NCBI GenBank assembly: GCA_949289005.1
Contig: CASEMQ010000053.1
Span: 7,715-71,714, forward strand
Length of the DNA: 64,000 nucleotides
Reading direction: 5' to 3'
Source: an uncultured Lentisphaeraceae bacterium
GTDB taxonomy: Bacteria > Verrucomicrobiota > Kiritimatiellia > RFP12 > DVOR01
The position numbers and the translations under genes were made by a program. The notes below the pieces were generated by a model. It was not told the DNA's origin. It saw nothing but the letters and a program-made list of their open reading frames with translations, and ran no database searches. Of this stretch, positions 8,886 to 19,083 are shown piece by piece; position 1 is the first letter of the stretch, and every line of letters begins with the position of its first letter.

Positions 8886-9214
8886 AATCCCAACTCCTTC
8901 ATGATGGCGCGTGCGCGTTTCAGTTCGCGCAACGGCGTTTCCTGTGTTTTCTTGACGAAACCGTTCAGCGTGTAGATGGCGTCCTGGTCGGCGTAGGCGT
9001 AGAAGACGCGCACCTGCCCATCCCACGGCGAACGGACACGGATTTCGAAGAGGTTGTCCTGCCCCTGCATCTTTCGCGCTTCCGGGTAGGCCAGCGTCCC
9101 TTCCTGCTCGAGTTTGTCGACGACAACCTCGAACCTGTCGCGCGTGCGCTTGTCAAGCGTGGCGAGGAAGTCCTCAATCCAACGCGTGACGATTACGGTC
9201 GTCTTCTCTCTTAT
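8882..9214 (-). pseudogene. RelE/ParE (Gp49/HigB-like) toxin lacking a canonical start codon
   Basis: Open frame from ATA at 9214: WIEDFLATLDKRTRDRF...LAYPEARKMQGQDNLFEIRV...RVFY...LNGFVKKTQETPLRELKRA. In-frame TAA at 9235; no ATG/GTG/TTG before the internal Met at 9070. Confidence 0.7.
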
Positions 9215-9253
9215 GTGATTCTTGTGGCACAGTTAGCGGCTAAGCGTGGGCGG

Positions 9254-12200
9254 TTATTCCTCGTCGGCGTTGCGGCGTGCGGCCTCGGCCATTTGTCGGC
9301 GGACGCGGAGGTGTCTGGCCGTCTCGTCCCCCTCCCAGAGGTCGTCGAGGTCGTGGCCGGAGAGGTTGCGGACGGCCTTTTGGATGTCGCGATAGGGGGA
9401 GAGGGCGGACTTGGCGAAGTCGTCGATCTCCGAGGCGGCGTTTCGGAAGTCGAGGGTGCAGAGGTCTTTGGCGATGAGCGCGGGGGCGACGCCGAGGACG
9501 CCCTCGGCCTCGGCGCGTTTGGCCTCGGCGATTTCCTGCGCGTCTCGGGCGAGCTCGCGGGCGGCCCCGAAGCCGCCGGCGACGCCGTGCTCGAAGGCGT
9601 CCTTCTGCGCCTGCGTCCAGTGGAGGTCGTAGTGCCTGCGGAGGTGCTCGGCCTGCTGGAGGATGAGGTCGCGCTGGGAGATGCCCTCCTTGGAGCGCCT
9701 GCCCCAGCGTTCGGCCTTGGCGTTGTCGTTGAGGCGGTCGGCGATGGCGGCGGCGGTCCGGTCGTCGGCGTGGATGCCGAAGTCGGCGTAGGCGTCCTTG
9801 ATGTCCTGGGTGGAGTAGCGTTTGCCGGAGCGGTCGGCCTCGGCCTGGAGGGCGAGCTCGACGATGGCGCCGGTGGCGACGTCGGCGACGGCGGGGCTGC
9901 GCCCGTAGTAGAGCGCGGCGGCCGCGCCCACGCGGCGCGCGCGCTCCACGCCGCCGATGGCCCGGCGCACATTCTCCTTGACTTCCTCCTCCCGGTTTGG
10001 CACAGTACCAATCGAAGGGTCGTCAGGGCCGTTGAAGGAATTAAGGGAGAGCGTAGTCTCCGCCAGCAACGGCATTCGGGCGACCCTTGTTTTGTCTACC
10101 CAGAGCATGAGCTGCGTATTGATGGCCCCGACGTATTTTGTTTCGCCAACGTCGTCCATCCCATATGCCGTTGTGAGCATGGTGTGGTCGCCGTTGGCGG
10201 AGAGGACGACGAGTGTGGAGGCTGCCGGCGCACCGTTTCTGTTCGGCGTCCTGATGTCAAGGATGAGCACCAAGTCCTTCCGTGGCCGCCCACTTCTTCC
10301 TTTGAGCGTCTTACCCTTGCCATCTTCCCGGAACCCGGCGATCGGCCGGGCCATTGCCTCAATCAGGTCGGCGAAGAGCTCGGGCGTGAAGGCGTGTTTC
10401 TTGGCCAGTTTGCGCAGGACGCGGCCGTTGGCCATGAGTGCCGTGGGCAGGCCGTATCGCGACGCCCAGTCGGGCAGGTCGGCGACGTGGATAAGGCGCT
10501 TGGCGTCGATGCCCGTGCCGTTCCCCGGCCTGCGTTGCGCCTCGCGGAAGACGCCGATGCGCGCGGTGCGCGTGGTGGCCTCGATGGGCAACCTCCGCGC
10601 GCTCCCACCGATGGAGAAACGCGTTTGCGCGGCGGCGTCGCGGATTGCGCGGCGTCGGTCGCCCTCGGTGTAAGTTTTGTAGGGGATGCCGCTTTCCGTG
10701 AGCGCGGTGCGAAGCTCGGCGCTGGCGTTTTGGGGGATGAGGGCCATCCGGATTTCGTCGATGCCGACGAGGCGCATGGGCTTCGCCTCGAAGTAAGTGC
10801 CTTCTTCCATCCCGCTCGCGTTGCGGATGTAGCGAAGGAGGGCGTTCAGGGCGCGCTCACCGGTGGCGTACCATTCGTTCTCGCGCGAGAAGAGGTCGCG
10901 AAGCTCGGCCTCGGTGTTGACGAGCGAGAGGTCGGCGGAGAGGTGGCGGAGGCTGTTTTCCGCGCTGACGCCCGGCTTGCGTATGGCACGTTTGAGGGCG
11001 TCGAAGCCGCGCTCCACGTTATAGGGGTGGACGATGACCTTGCGGGTTTCCTCGATGTCACGGAGGGCGAGCATGGCGGAGTCGTGGAATTGGGTCATCT
11101 CGTCGCCGAGCTCCGGGGAGAGGGACGAGAGTTCCTTGAGCGGGGCGAGGCGCATGAGGCGCGTGGCCTGCCGAGGGGTGAGGGCGCGCGTGGAGATTTT
11201 GAACTGCGCCTTCGCCCATCGCCAGAAATCTGGGACCCGCAGGAAGCCGTCTGGGTCTTCGCGTGCGAGGTCGCGCGCGATGTCGCGCGTCCCGTCGGGC
11301 GTTGGCGTTATATCGCCATCGCTGCCCTCAGCAAGATAAAGGGCGTAGAGCGCGTTGGGGACGTCGACGAGGCCGTTGTCCTCGAAGCTCTCGTTTGTGA
11401 CATTGTAGACGCGCATGGCCTCGCGCAGGATCTCCTCGCGCGTCGTGGCCGTCCATTCCGGGCCGAGCGCACGGACGCGCCGGAGGACGGCGTCGACGGA
11501 GGTCTGGGTCGGCCACCTGCGCGGATAGATGGGCGTGCCCGCGTCGCCGGGGAAGATGAAATTCTCGGGATTGGCCTGCGGGTCGACGGCCTCTCTGCGG
11601 AAGAAGAGGAAGCACTCGCCGTATCCGAACGCGCGTGCCTTGCCCGCCTCTGTGACGGCGATGGAGGGTGCCACCAGCCCGCCCTGTCTGAGCGAGCGCA
11701 GAAGCGGTTCCTGCGAGAGCGCGTGGTAGGCCGTCAGTGGCACGCCCCTCGGTGCAACGCCGCCGATGGAGCGGCGAATGTCGGGGTCTGCAGGCGAAAA
11801 TGCGCCGGTGTTGCCAGTGGCGGATTTGATGTTCGCGGCCCCGCCTCTGTCCGTAAGCACGACGTAGTCGTCTGTCAGCGAGCCATCGCCCTCGACGACG
11901 TTACGGACGATGAGTCCGTCCCGGAAGAAGTCGATGGCGTCCTGCGCGAGGTAGTCCGTGCTTTCGCCTTCCGGGAGGTTGTCCCAGTCGTTTCCGTCCG
12001 CGTCGACGATGAGCGGTTTTCGGAGGTTGAGAAAGCAGGCGAGCGGTTCGAGGTCTGGCGAGCCGGCGTTTGCCGCCGCCTCCCGGTTCGAGGCGAACCA
12101 GGCCGTTCCGTAAGGCGCGGTGCTGTTCTTGACGTCGCCGATCCGGTCGTTGAAGATATTGAAGTGCCGCCATCGTCCGTGGTAGACGACGAGAGGTTCG

Positions 12201-13150
12201 CCGTTCCCGTCCAGGACTTTGCTGGCGTTGGCCGGGTCGTTCTCCCAGTCCCCGAACCACGCCTTGAAGGCGGGCGTGCGCACGAGGAGCCACTGCTCGC
12301 GGGTGAGCCTGGTGGGTCTGCCGTTGGGCGCCCTCATCCAACTGTCGGTGCCCTCGTGGCGTTGGCGCGCCTTGTCCATCTCGGCGCGCGCCTCGGGCGT
12401 GAGCGCCGAGCCAATCTTGAGGCGGGGGTTGACATCCGCGCCGGGATATGCGACAGTGTCAGTGGATTCGCGGGTGTGGCGGTGCTGGTCGCTGGTCAGT
12501 CCGCCAATGGAAAGACGCGAATCTTCCAACTCCAGCACTTCGAGCGAGCAGATACGGTTTCCGTTCTGCTCGCTCTCCTTTATGGTGATGTAGGCCGATG
12601 CCTCCTTTTCTCCGAATGCAATCGGCGAGACGTATCGGCGGATAGCGACGATGTTGGGGTCGTCATCCTTGTCCGGGCGTTCTCGATGAGTGTGGCGCTT
12701 TCGTACAATTCGCCGACACGTGCGACCGCTTGGTTGTGTTGAGACATGGAGAAGCCATTGGCTAGGCTTTTGTCCGTGGCTTTTCGTCCCAGCATCTTGT
12801 TGATTTGGTTGCCGCCGAACTTGGCCTCGCGTCCGTCGTCTTGGTTGACGAAGACCTTGCCGCGTTGTGCGTCGAGGATGGCCTTGGCTTCCCTGGCCGT
12901 CATGTATTCGTTGGGGATGGCGATTGGGGTGCGCGGGGCGTTTCCTCCCACGTTGAGGCGTCCTTGTGCGTCGAGGGTGTCGAGGTCGGCGAGGTTCTTG
13001 CGGAAGCGCTCCGCGCCCCAGCGTGCGGCCTGGGCGGTCTCGGCGTCGACGCGGTCGATTTCGCGCTCCTTCCATTTGGAGACGGCGTCGATGTCGCCCT
13101 TCACGGCGTCCCAGAAGGCGTCGACGGTTGGCTCGGGGATGCGGCAAGGC
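9254..13150 (-). pseudogene. Large polyvalent protein fragment of phage/ICE origin (LPD3-like, ART-PolyVal ADP-ribosyltransferase-like, further LPD and MuF-C/PBECR-like domains), frameshifted near 12682
   Basis: MRAPNGRPTRLTREQWLLVRTPAFKAWFGDWE...SKVLDGNGEPLVVYHG...IKSATGNTGAFSPADPDIRRS (ART-PolyVal); NQDDGREAKF...ELYESATLIE|ERPD...AYITIKE (LPD3-like, split by a 1-nt frameshift); GGLVAPSIAVT...YFEAKPMRLVG; KKH...TTAYG. Domain names are recalled, not searched. Confidence 0.75.
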
Positions 13151-13304
13151 GCTCGCGGCGTGCGCGCACGACGATGGGCACATCGCAGCGCATGGCTGCG
13201 TGGTAGATTTCCAGTGCGTCCATACCGCGATCCATGACGCACATAACCTGTTTCCCGGTGCGGCGCTTCAGTTCGCCCACGCGTTCGAGCGCTTGGATGG
13301 TGCA

Positions 13305-13797
13305 TTACGTGGGTGTCAGGCGTGTTTCGTGCAACCGGCAGGAGACGGGGAAGCCTTCGCGCGAGCCCGGCGTGAGCAGGAAGATGGTCGTTGCCGTGTC
13401 CCCCATGCTTGCCACGTGGCGTGAACCGTCCCAAGACGGGAAATAATCCGAGCCTTCCTCCGTCCCGTAAAGGTGGTCGAGATCCGTGTGGTCGATTGCG
13501 CTTGTCGCGCCGTCGGCCATTCGGTCACATGCCTCCCGCAGGCAAAAATCATCGATGGCGTCATCATAGCACGCCCAATCCAATTGGCGGCGCAACCGCC
13601 TGTCCGCGCTGTCCGCACACTCCGAACCCCGCCGGGCCACGCGCGCCAATGCACACACCTGGGGCCGCGAGATTCCGCACACCTGCAAGAAGTCGCAAGC
13701 CTTTTTTCTGAGGCAACGACCACGCTCTACCCTGCTCCACGATTGCCTTTCCAAAAAATGTCCGTCCCGGTCGGACAAAAAAATGTCCGACACCCTG
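13305..13797 (-). mobile_element. Degraded DDE transposase fragment with one IS end (IS4/IS701-like, family uncertain)
   Basis: Minus frame ...SAIDHTDLDHLYG...SWDGS... resembles the first catalytic Asp region. The element starts CAGGGTGTCGGACATTTTTTTGTCCGAC, which contains a hairpin. Confidence 0.4.
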
Positions 13798-13862
13798 GTG
13801 GAAGCGGCGGCCTCGCGCGGGGCGGGGCTTTTTGGTATGCTTGTGGCAAAAGGAATGGACGT

Positions 13863-14810
13863 ATGCGAGTGAGAGCGGGATTGTTGGCGGCGATGGCCGC
13901 GTTGGCGTTCGGGTTGCGGGCGGAGCCGTCGTTTTACGATGGCGTGGCGGCGTACGTGAACGACAAGGTGATCACGGTGGACACGGTGATGCGGGAGCTG
14001 CACGCGAACTTCAATCTGTCGCGTCTGCCACAGGATGAGGTGGCCGCGCGGATGCGGGAGTATTTCCCGGTGATGCGCGATTTGCTGATTGACCGCATCC
14101 TGATTTTGGGTGCGTACGAGGCGTCCGGGGCGCAGCTGCCGAACACGGTGGTGAACCGGCGGGTGCAGGAGATTCTGGCGGATCGTTTCGGCGGGGACGA
14201 GGCAAGGTTGCGCGAGGCGTTGCTGTCCGCGGGGATGACGCGGGACCAATGGGTGAAGGAGGTGCGAGAGGATTTGATTTTGATGGCGATGCGCCAACTG
14301 CAGGTGGAGCGCAAGGTGACGGTGTCGCCCAAGAAGGTACGCGCCTATTACGCCGCCCATGCGAAGGACTTCGCGGAGGAAGCAGGGGTGCACGTGCGCC
14401 TGATCATGATTGACCCGGCTGGGGGCGCGAAGGCCGCGGAGGCGGCATTGGCGGAGCTGAAGGCGGGCAAGCCTTTCGAGGAGGTGGCGAAAGCCCATTC
14501 CAAGGAGTCGCACGCCGCGCAGGGGGGCGACTGGGGGTTCGTGGATCCCAAGGCGAACTTCGCGCCGCAGGTGGTGGAGGCGTTGGAGAAGCTGAAGGAC
14601 GGGGAGCGCTCGGATATCCTGGAGGTGGGCGGCTGGCGGGCCATCGTGCAACGGGTGGCGACGCGCCGGGGGCGGGTGCCGCCGTTGGGCGAGGTGTGGG
14701 ACAAGGTGGAGGCGGCCGTGCGCCGCGAGCAGGGGCAGGCGCGTTACAAGGCGTGGGTCGAGGGGCTGCGTAAGCAGGCCTATGTGCGGTTGGTGGACAT
14801 CACACTCTGA
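13863..14810 (+). CDS. surA: SurA/PpiC-type peptidyl-prolyl isomerase chaperone
   Basis: Signal peptide; DGVAAYVNDKVIT N-domain; parvulin motif FEEVAKAHS...GGDWGF; lies upstream of rsmA. Confidence 0.8.
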   Translation: MRVRAGLLAAMAALAFGLRAEPSFYDGVAAYVNDKVITVDTVMRELHANFNLSRLPQDEVAARMREYFPVMRDLLIDRILILGAYEASGAQLPNTVVNRRVQEILADRFGGDEARLREALLSAGMTRDQWVKEVREDLILMAMRQLQVERKVTVSPKKVRAYYAAHAKDFAEEAGVHVRLIMIDPAGGAKAAEAALAELKAGKPFEEVAKAHSKESHAAQGGDWGFVDPKANFAPQVVEALEKLKDGERSDILEVGGWRAIVQRVATRRGRVPPLGEVWDKVEAAVRREQGQARYKAWVEGLRKQAYVRLVDITL

Positions 14811-15661
14811 TGAATCGGACGGCGCTTGGCGAGGTGCGGGCTTGGTGCCTGGCACGTGGGTTCCACCCCAACAAGACGTTGGGGCAGAACTTTCTTGTGG
14901 ACCGCAACATCCTCGATGCCATCGTGGCCGAGACCGGGGTGGGCGCGGGCGGGCGCGTGTTGGAGGTGGGGCCTGGGCTGGGCGTGCTCACCGAGGCGCT
15001 CCTGCGGCGCGGGGCGCGGGTGACGGCCATCGAGAAGGATCCCGCGCTCGCCGCGTGGCTGCGCGAGAGTCTCTGCGCGGCCTTCCCCGAGACGCTGACG
15101 TTGATTGAGGGAGACGCGCTGAAGGCCGATTGGCCCGCATTGCTGGCCGGCGGCTTCGATGCCTTCGCCTCGAACCTGCCCTATTCGGTGGGGACGCGGA
15201 TTTTGATGGATTTGCTGGCGGAGCCCGCCGCGCCGCCGCGGCTGACGTTGCTGTTGCAGCGCGAGGTGGCCGACCGCCTCGCCGCGCCGCCCGGATCGCC
15301 CGGGCGCGGAACGGCATCGGTCTGGACGCAAATGGGGCACGACGTGCGCGTGGCACGTCCGGTGGGGCCGGGGTGCTTTTGGCCGCCGCCCGAGGTCACG
15401 AGCGCCATCGTCACGCTCACGCGGCACGGACGCTGCGGGCTCCCGCCCGTGGGGCAGGCCGCGCTCCGCGCCTTGGCCAAGTATCTTTTCACCCAGCGCC
15501 GCAAACAGCTTGGCACGGTGTTGCGGCGGGCGCCCGCGCCCTTCGCGGGTATCGACCCGGCTCGCGCGGGCATCGACCCCACACGCCGCGCCGAGACGCT
15601 CACGCTTCCCGAATGGGAGGCCTTGGCCGCGCAGGCCCTTGCGCAGGAGGCAACGCCATGA
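14810..15661 (+). CDS. rsmA: 16S rRNA adenine dimethyltransferase
   Basis: LGQNFL, EVGPGLG, IEKD, SNLPYSV, QREVADRL, FWPPPEVTSA, QRRK. Confidence 0.93.
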   Translation: MNRTALGEVRAWCLARGFHPNKTLGQNFLVDRNILDAIVAETGVGAGGRVLEVGPGLGVLTEALLRRGARVTAIEKDPALAAWLRESLCAAFPETLTLIEGDALKADWPALLAGGFDAFASNLPYSVGTRILMDLLAEPAAPPRLTLLLQREVADRLAAPPGSPGRGTASVWTQMGHDVRVARPVGPGCFWPPPEVTSAIVTLTRHGRCGLPPVGQAALRALAKYLFTQRRKQLGTVLRRAPAPFAGIDPARAGIDPTRRAETLTLPEWEALAAQALAQEATP

Positions 15662-16425
15662 TTCAGGACATCGCCGAACCTTTGACCCTCTTCCCGGACG
15701 TCTCGCCGACGCCGGGCGACCGTATCCTGTCCGTGCGCCGCGACGGCGTGGCCTTGGCGCCGTGGACGCCGGTGTGCGTGGCCGCCGTGCCGCTGGTGCG
15801 CGTGGGTGCGCAAACGTTTTTCCTGGGGGGCGCGCCCGGGATGGCCTTTGGCTCCACGCAGGCGTTGCGGGCGTTGCCAACCGCGACCGACCGCTTCGGG
15901 GCCTTCTGCGCGCTCCATGTGGCCAATTGGTTGCTGGCGCACCGCCATTGCGGGCGTTGCGCCGCGCCGCTCGCGCGCCACGGCGAGTGCCTGCGGTGCC
16001 CGGAGTGCGGCGAGGAATACTATCCCTCCATCGCGCCCGCCGTCATCGTCGGCCTCACCCATCGCGGCCGGCTCCTGGTCACGCGCTACGCCAACCGCCC
16101 CTACAAGGGCCCCGCGCTCGTAGCCGGCTATTGCGAGGTGGGCGAGACCGCCGAGGCGACCTGCCGCCGCGAGGCGCGCGAGGAAACCGGCCTCGAAGTC
16201 GTCTCCACGCGCTATTTCGCCTCGCAACCTTGGGGGTTGAGCGGGTCGCTCCTGCTTGGTTTCTTTGCCGAGGTGGCCGACCCGGCCTTTTCCTTGGCCG
16301 ATGGCGAATTGGGCGAGGCCGCATGGTTGGCGCCCGACGAATTGCCGCCGCCCCCCGACGCCGCCGGCGCGCTCTCCCTCACCGCCGCCATGATCGATGC
16401 CTACGCGAAAGGATCCGTCCGATGA
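15658..16425 (+). CDS. nudC: NADH pyrophosphatase (Nudix)
   Basis: Zn-ribbon HCGRC...CPEC, YPSIAPAVIV, Nudix box GETAEATCRREAREETG, SQPW motif. Confidence 0.9.
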   Translation: MIQDIAEPLTLFPDVSPTPGDRILSVRRDGVALAPWTPVCVAAVPLVRVGAQTFFLGGAPGMAFGSTQALRALPTATDRFGAFCALHVANWLLAHRHCGRCAAPLARHGECLRCPECGEEYYPSIAPAVIVGLTHRGRLLVTRYANRPYKGPALVAGYCEVGETAEATCRREAREETGLEVVSTRYFASQPWGLSGSLLLGFFAEVADPAFSLADGELGEAAWLAPDELPPPPDAAGALSLTAAMIDAYAKGSVR

Positions 16426-17783
16426 AGCCCGAACAAATCGCCCGCTGGGCCTGCGGCACGTGGACGGTGCCGCCAACCTTTCCCATCACCGCCGTCACGC
16501 AGGACAGCCGAGCCGTCCGCGTGGGGGCCCTTTACGTGGCCTTGCACGGGGTCAACCATGATGGGCACGACTTCGTGGCAGCCGCCTTCCGCGCGGGCGC
16601 CACAGCGGCCTTGGTGCGCACCGATTGGGTCGCGCCCGCGGAGGTCGCCGGTCTGCCGCTCCTGCGCGTAGGAGACCCCGCGACGGCGCTCGTGGCGTTG
16701 GCCAAAGGTTATCGCGAGGCGTTGCGCGGCCGCGTCATGGGCATCACCGGCAGCGCCGGAAAGACCACGCTCAAGGAACTTGCCGCCGCCATGCTCTCGG
16801 GCGCGGGGACAACCGCCTCGACGCCGGGCAACCACAACAACGCGGTCGGCCTGCCGCTCTCCCTGCTGGCCGTGCCCGAGGAAGCCCGCTTCGCCGTCAT
16901 CGAGGCCGGCATCAGCCACCCCGGCGACATGGACCCGCTGGCCGACGCGCTCCGCCCCGACGCCGCGGCCATCTCGTGCATCGGCCCGGCGCATATCGCC
17001 AACTTCGGCACCGTGGCGGCCATCGCCGCCGAGAAGGCCAAACTCCTGGCCGCCGTGCGCCCCAAGGGCTTCGCGGTATTGCCCAAGGGCGTCGCGTGCG
17101 AGGGCATTCTCCGCGAGGCATGTCGATGCCGCGTGGTGACGGCCGCATTGGGCGATGCCGCCGCCGACTATGTGGGCGAGCCGCTCGCCAAGGGCGTCGT
17201 GCGCGTCCGCCACGCCAACGAGCCCGCCGTGTTGTTGGAAACGGGGCTCTGTGGCGAGCACAACGCCTCGAACGCGCTCATCGCCTATGCCCTGGCCCGC
17301 GAGGCCGGCGCCACGCCCGCGCAGATTTTGGCGGGGCTGGCCACCTTCAAGGCCCCGCCCATGCGCTGGGAGACCGTCGAGGCCGGTGCCTGCCGCGTCG
17401 TCAACGATGCCTACAACGCCAACCCGCTCTCCATGCGCGCGGCGCTCGAAACCTTTGCGGGGATGGCTGTCCCCGCCGGCAAGGCCGTCTGCGTGGGCGA
17501 CATGCTGGAGCTGGGCGACGCCTCCGATGCGCAGCACCGCGCCGTCGGCGAGGCATCGGGCAACGGCCCGTGGCGGTTGTTGGCCGGCGTCGGCACCGCC
17601 GCGCGCGCCCTGCTGGAAGGCGCCGTCGCGGCGGGGTATCCGGCGTCGCAGACGGTTTGGTTCGCCACGGTGGATGAGGCTGCCGAGGCGTTGCCGCTCC
17701 TCTTGCGCCCGGGCGAGACGTTGTTACTGAAGGGGTCGCGCGGCATGCGTCTGGAGCGGGTGCTCGAGGCCCTGCGCCGCTGA
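16422..17783 (+). CDS. murF: UDP-MurNAc-tripeptide:D-Ala-D-Ala ligase
   Basis: DSR, DGHDF, GITGSAGKTTLKE, NNAVGLP, NDAYNANP, GDMLELG, LKGSRGMRLE. Confidence 0.93.
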   Translation: MKPEQIARWACGTWTVPPTFPITAVTQDSRAVRVGALYVALHGVNHDGHDFVAAAFRAGATAALVRTDWVAPAEVAGLPLLRVGDPATALVALAKGYREALRGRVMGITGSAGKTTLKELAAAMLSGAGTTASTPGNHNNAVGLPLSLLAVPEEARFAVIEAGISHPGDMDPLADALRPDAAAISCIGPAHIANFGTVAAIAAEKAKLLAAVRPKGFAVLPKGVACEGILREACRCRVVTAALGDAAADYVGEPLAKGVVRVRHANEPAVLLETGLCGEHNASNALIAYALAREAGATPAQILAGLATFKAPPMRWETVEAGACRVVNDAYNANPLSMRAALETFAGMAVPAGKAVCVGDMLELGDASDAQHRAVGEASGNGPWRLLAGVGTAARALLEGAVAAGYPASQTVWFATVDEAAEALPLLLRPGETLLLKGSRGMRLERVLEALRR

Positions 17784-17790
17784 GGCCGCC

Positions 17791-19056
17791 GTGTCGCAGA
17801 CGCGCCGTTTCTGGGTCTGCCTGTTGTTGGTCTTTGGCGCCATGCGCTTGGCCGACGCGCTCAACGCGGTCACCGGGCTCTGGGTGGTGCCGAGCCGCCT
17901 CCCCGCGCAGACGTTGGGCGCGCTCCTGCCGCTGACGCAGTTCGGCGCGGTGCTGGCGCTCCCCGTCAGCGTGCTCACCACCGTCTTCGCCCGGCACCTC
18001 GGCGCCTACGCCGCTGCCGGGGACGCCGCCCGCGTCCGCGCGCTCTTGCGCGGCACGCTCGCCGCCACGGGGCTGGCGTTGGCGGCGGCGCTGGCGGTGG
18101 CGACCACATGCCTGCCATGGCTCTGCGACGCGCTCCGTGTCGCCCACTCGCCCGCGGGCTACCTGGCCGTGGCCTATGGGCTGATCGCAGCCTTTCTGCC
18201 GATGGTCACCGCCGCCGCGCAGGCGCTCGAACGCTTCGGGGCGTTGGCCGCCGGGTCGCTTCTGGCCGCGCCGATGCGCCTGGGCGTGATGTTCATGGCG
18301 TTGCCGTTGTTGGGGCTGACGGGCTACTTCATCGGGCAGCTCACCCCGGTGTTGGTCACCGCGGGCGTCACGCTCTGGGCCTTGCGGCGGCTCCTGGCGC
18401 GCGGCGCGGGCGCGGCGCTCCCCGCAAGCGCCGTCTGGCGCGAGGCCTGGCGCCCGATGGCCCGTTACGCCGGCAAGGTCGCCCTGGGCATCGTCGCCGC
18501 CTCGTTGCAGACCTTCGTCGCCACGCTCGTCATCCGCACGCGCCTGGCCGACGATGCCTCGGCGGGCTACTATATCCTCTCGCGTTTCGCCGAGATTGCC
18601 ACCTACTGCGGCTCCACCGTGGCGATGGTGCTCTTCCCCTATGCCGTGGCCGCGCAGACGCGCGGGGAAGGCTCCGCCACGTTGCGCGACGGCGCGCTCG
18701 CGGCCATTCTCGGCGGCGGGCTCCTGCTCGCCGGCGCGCTCTGGGTCTGCCTGCCGTGGTTCTTTCCCTTCATCCCCGGCTACGCGCCCTACGTCGGCAT
18801 CGCGCCCCTCGCGGCCTACCTCACCGTGACCACCACCCTCAACGTCGCCTGCGCCGGCCACTTCGCCCATCAACAGGCTCGCAACGACTTTCGCTACCTG
18901 CGCTATATGCTCCCCTGCGCCGCCCTTGCCTGCCTGGCGCTGACACTCTGCCCCATTCGTACGCTTCCGGCAATCCTCCACCTCCTCTTCGCCTGCGCCC
19001 TCCTCCAAGCCCTCTGCGTCGCCGTGGATCTCTGGCGTTCCCACGGCAGGGCGTGA
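17791..19056 (+). CDS. Multi-pass membrane protein, oligosaccharide flippase/MATE-like
   Basis: About 11-12 hydrophobic segments and an AGYY motif; 421 aa. Confidence 0.6.
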   Translation: MSQTRRFWVCLLLVFGAMRLADALNAVTGLWVVPSRLPAQTLGALLPLTQFGAVLALPVSVLTTVFARHLGAYAAAGDAARVRALLRGTLAATGLALAAALAVATTCLPWLCDALRVAHSPAGYLAVAYGLIAAFLPMVTAAAQALERFGALAAGSLLAAPMRLGVMFMALPLLGLTGYFIGQLTPVLVTAGVTLWALRRLLARGAGAALPASAVWREAWRPMARYAGKVALGIVAASLQTFVATLVIRTRLADDASAGYYILSRFAEIATYCGSTVAMVLFPYAVAAQTRGEGSATLRDGALAAILGGGLLLAGALWVCLPWFFPFIPGYAPYVGIAPLAAYLTVTTTLNVACAGHFAHQQARNDFRYLRYMLPCAALACLALTLCPIRTLPAILHLLFACALLQALCVAVDLWRSHGRA

Positions 19057-19083
19057 GCGTCGGAGGCTTGCCGCCAAGGCTGC

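Noticed and set aside
9215-12742. Very long opposite-strand or alternate-frame ORFs (e.g. 9215..12742 +, 43270..47238 +, 55313..58330 +, 34402..37263 +, 23447..25873 -, 50501..52615 -)
   Set aside because: Shadow ORFs expected in high-GC DNA; they overlap genes with clear family motifs and have none of their own.
13473-13862. Long N-terminal extensions in the ORF track (surA, nudC, murF, GH18, NifA-like, ABC ATPase, gltB)
   Set aside because: Downstream starts have RBS/-10 signals, gene overlaps or signal peptides, while the extensions are low-complexity read-through.
14790-14830. Missing pdxA between surA and rsmA; carB without an adjacent carA
   Set aside because: Ordinary operon rearrangement; the genes may be elsewhere in the genome.
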